Positions 63,005 to 64,000 of a stretch of DNA of 64,000 nt are shown here, piece after piece. This DNA is from Candidatus Magasanikiibacteriota bacterium (lineage in GTDB: Bacteria > Patescibacteriota > Patescibacteriia > Magasanikbacterales > GWA2-37-8), in assembly GCA_016182085.1 (NCBI GenBank), contig JACOYB010000004.1, positions 75,976-139,975 on the forward strand, in the 5' to 3' direction. Numbering within the stretch: the stretch's first letter is position 1; each line of letters starts with the position of its first letter. The notes beneath the pieces were generated by a model. The model did not search any database. It worked only from the letters and a program-made list of their open reading frames with translations, and was not told the origin of the DNA. The position numbers and the translations under genes are program-made.

Positions 63005-63715
63005 ATGGGACATAAAGTACACCCAAAAATTCACAGAATACCGACTATCTATTCCTGGGATTCAAAATGGTTTGCCAAAAATGATCAGTTGCCTTTGTTT
63101 TTAAAACAGGAAGTAGCTGTTCGAGAATTCTTAACCAAGAAATTAAAGGATTCTTTGATTGATAGTATTAGTATTGAAAGAACTCCAAAGGAAATGACGG
63201 TGTATATTTTGTCGGGAAAACCGGGCACAATTATTGGCCGTGGCGGCCAGGGCTTGGGAGATTTATCCAAAAAAATTGAAAAGAGTATTTTACAACAAAA
63301 ATTAAAAGTTAAAATTAATGTTTTGGAAGTGCGCCAGCCGGCTTTGTCCGCTCAAATTGTGGCGCAAAACGCAGCTACCGATATTGAAAAACGTTTTCCA
63401 TTCCGCCGTGTCATGAAACAAGTCATAGAACGCGTCATGAGCGCCGGAGGTCAAGGAGTAAAAATCTGTATGAGCGGCCGCTTAAACGGCGTGGAAATTG
63501 CCCGTACTGAAAAATTAAGCGCTGGAAAAATGTCGCTTATTACTCTGCGCAGCGATGTTGATTACGCGCTCGCCGAAGCCCAAACTTTATATGGAAAAAT
63601 CGGCGTTAAAGTTTGGATATATAAAGGTGAAGCATTCAGCCGCAGAGATAAATTCGCCAAAAAAGAAGAAGAGACTAAAAAAGAAGAAAAACATACTGTT
63701 AAAAGAACTAAGTAA
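63005..63715 (+). CDS. rpsC: 30S ribosomal protein S3
   Basis: MGHKVHPKIHRIPTIYSWDSKWFA, KH domain GKPGTIIGRGGQG. K/E-rich C-terminal tail. Confidence 0.9.
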   Translation: MGHKVHPKIHRIPTIYSWDSKWFAKNDQLPLFLKQEVAVREFLTKKLKDSLIDSISIERTPKEMTVYILSGKPGTIIGRGGQGLGDLSKKIEKSILQQKLKVKINVLEVRQPALSAQIVAQNAATDIEKRFPFRRVMKQVIERVMSAGGQGVKICMSGRLNGVEIARTEKLSAGKMSLITLRSDVDYALAEAQTLYGKIGVKVWIYKGEAFSRRDKFAKKEEETKKEEKHTVKRTK

Positions 63716-63782
63716 GGCGTAGGGGGTAAGGAGTAGTAAAAAATTAACTACTCATCACACCCCACTCACTACTAACTATTAT

Positions 63783-64000
63783 ATGTTGTTACCAAAAAAA
63801 GTATTACATAGAAAATGGCATAAGGGCCGCCGCAGACAATTGGGTGTTGCTACACGCAACAACTTCGTGGCGTTCGGAGATTATGGCATCAAGAGTCAAG
63901 AACATGGATGGGTAAGCAGCCGTCAGATTGAAGCTATCCGCCGCGTGCTTACTCGCTATGTAAAAAAAGGCGGAAAAATTTGGATTCGCATATTTCCAGA
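63783..64000 (+). CDS. rplP: 50S ribosomal protein L16 (partial, continues beyond window)
   Basis: [72 protein letters not shown]. Confidence 0.85.
   Translation, partial: MLLPKKVLHRKWHKGRRRQLGVATRNNFVAFGDYGIKSQEHGWVSSRQIEAIRRVLTRYVKKGGKIWIRIFP

Noticed and set aside
1-64000. rRNA genes, additional tRNAs, prophage structural genes
   Set aside because: Not found on scanning intergenic regions. The only convincing cloverleaf is tRNA-Asn at 24984-25055. GC-rich islands lack capsid, terminase or portal-like proteins recognisable by motif.

Overview
This is an AT-rich, gene-dense bacterial window that looks like a reduced-genome Patescibacteria/CPR-like organism, though that is an inference from composition and gene content.

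Backbone genes:
- ruvA, an SPFH protein, an arginase-family enzyme and gatB.
- A co-directional pyrimidine-deoxynucleotide cluster: tmk, folA, thyA, dut, a P-loop kinase and dCMP deaminase.
- A short pyruvate kinase, rplA, proS, trpS, rlmH, tgt, carAB and a UvrD-family helicase.
- The str/S10 ribosomal region, rpsL-rpsG-fusA ... tuf-rpsJ-rplC-rplD-rplW-rplB-rpsS-rplV-rpsC-rplP, which runs off the window end.

One tRNA-Asn(GUU) is present. No rRNA, CRISPR array, transposase or integrase was seen.

Features that stand out:
1. A family of short palindromic hairpin-pair repeat elements (termini TGTCATYCC...GGRATGACA) occurs at six or more loci. One copy is inserted in frame inside tgt, like Rickettsia palindromic elements. 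Two copies flank trpS, and two sit in the rpsL-rpsG-fusA spacers.
2. A degenerate copy of the tRNA-Asn 3' half lies about 2.75 kb downstream of the intact tRNA. Together they bracket a single AT-rich 861-aa SEC-C plus DUF4238-like protein. This is a candidate tRNA-targeted islet, possibly a defence gene.
3. Several GC-rich islands lie in the low-GC background. One carries a 778-aa metallophosphoesterase-motif protein with a KR-rich coiled coil. One carries a Cys-rich zinc-ribbon protein behind a ~280-nt leader. One is a 2-kb block of small promoter-equipped ORFs with duplicated terminator-promoter modules.
4. A ~470-bp GC-rich non-coding island (4219-4690) is closed by 25-bp inverted repeats with nested long-range complementarity. 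It is a candidate structured RNA or MITE.
5. A 2053-aa surface protein (a six-blade YSISGNSW propeller followed by about ten FN3-like domains) plus a MacB/FtsX-type ABC pair is inserted between fusA and tuf.
6. Smaller items: a PAS-sigma70 fusion, an ECF sigma with an anti-sigma-like partner, and a DipZ-like thiol-disulfide module. Ribosomal proteins carry unusual extensions, and there is an atypical 315-bp promoter-containing spacer between rpsJ and rplC.

All functional calls rest on motif recognition in the supplied translations. None was checked against a database.
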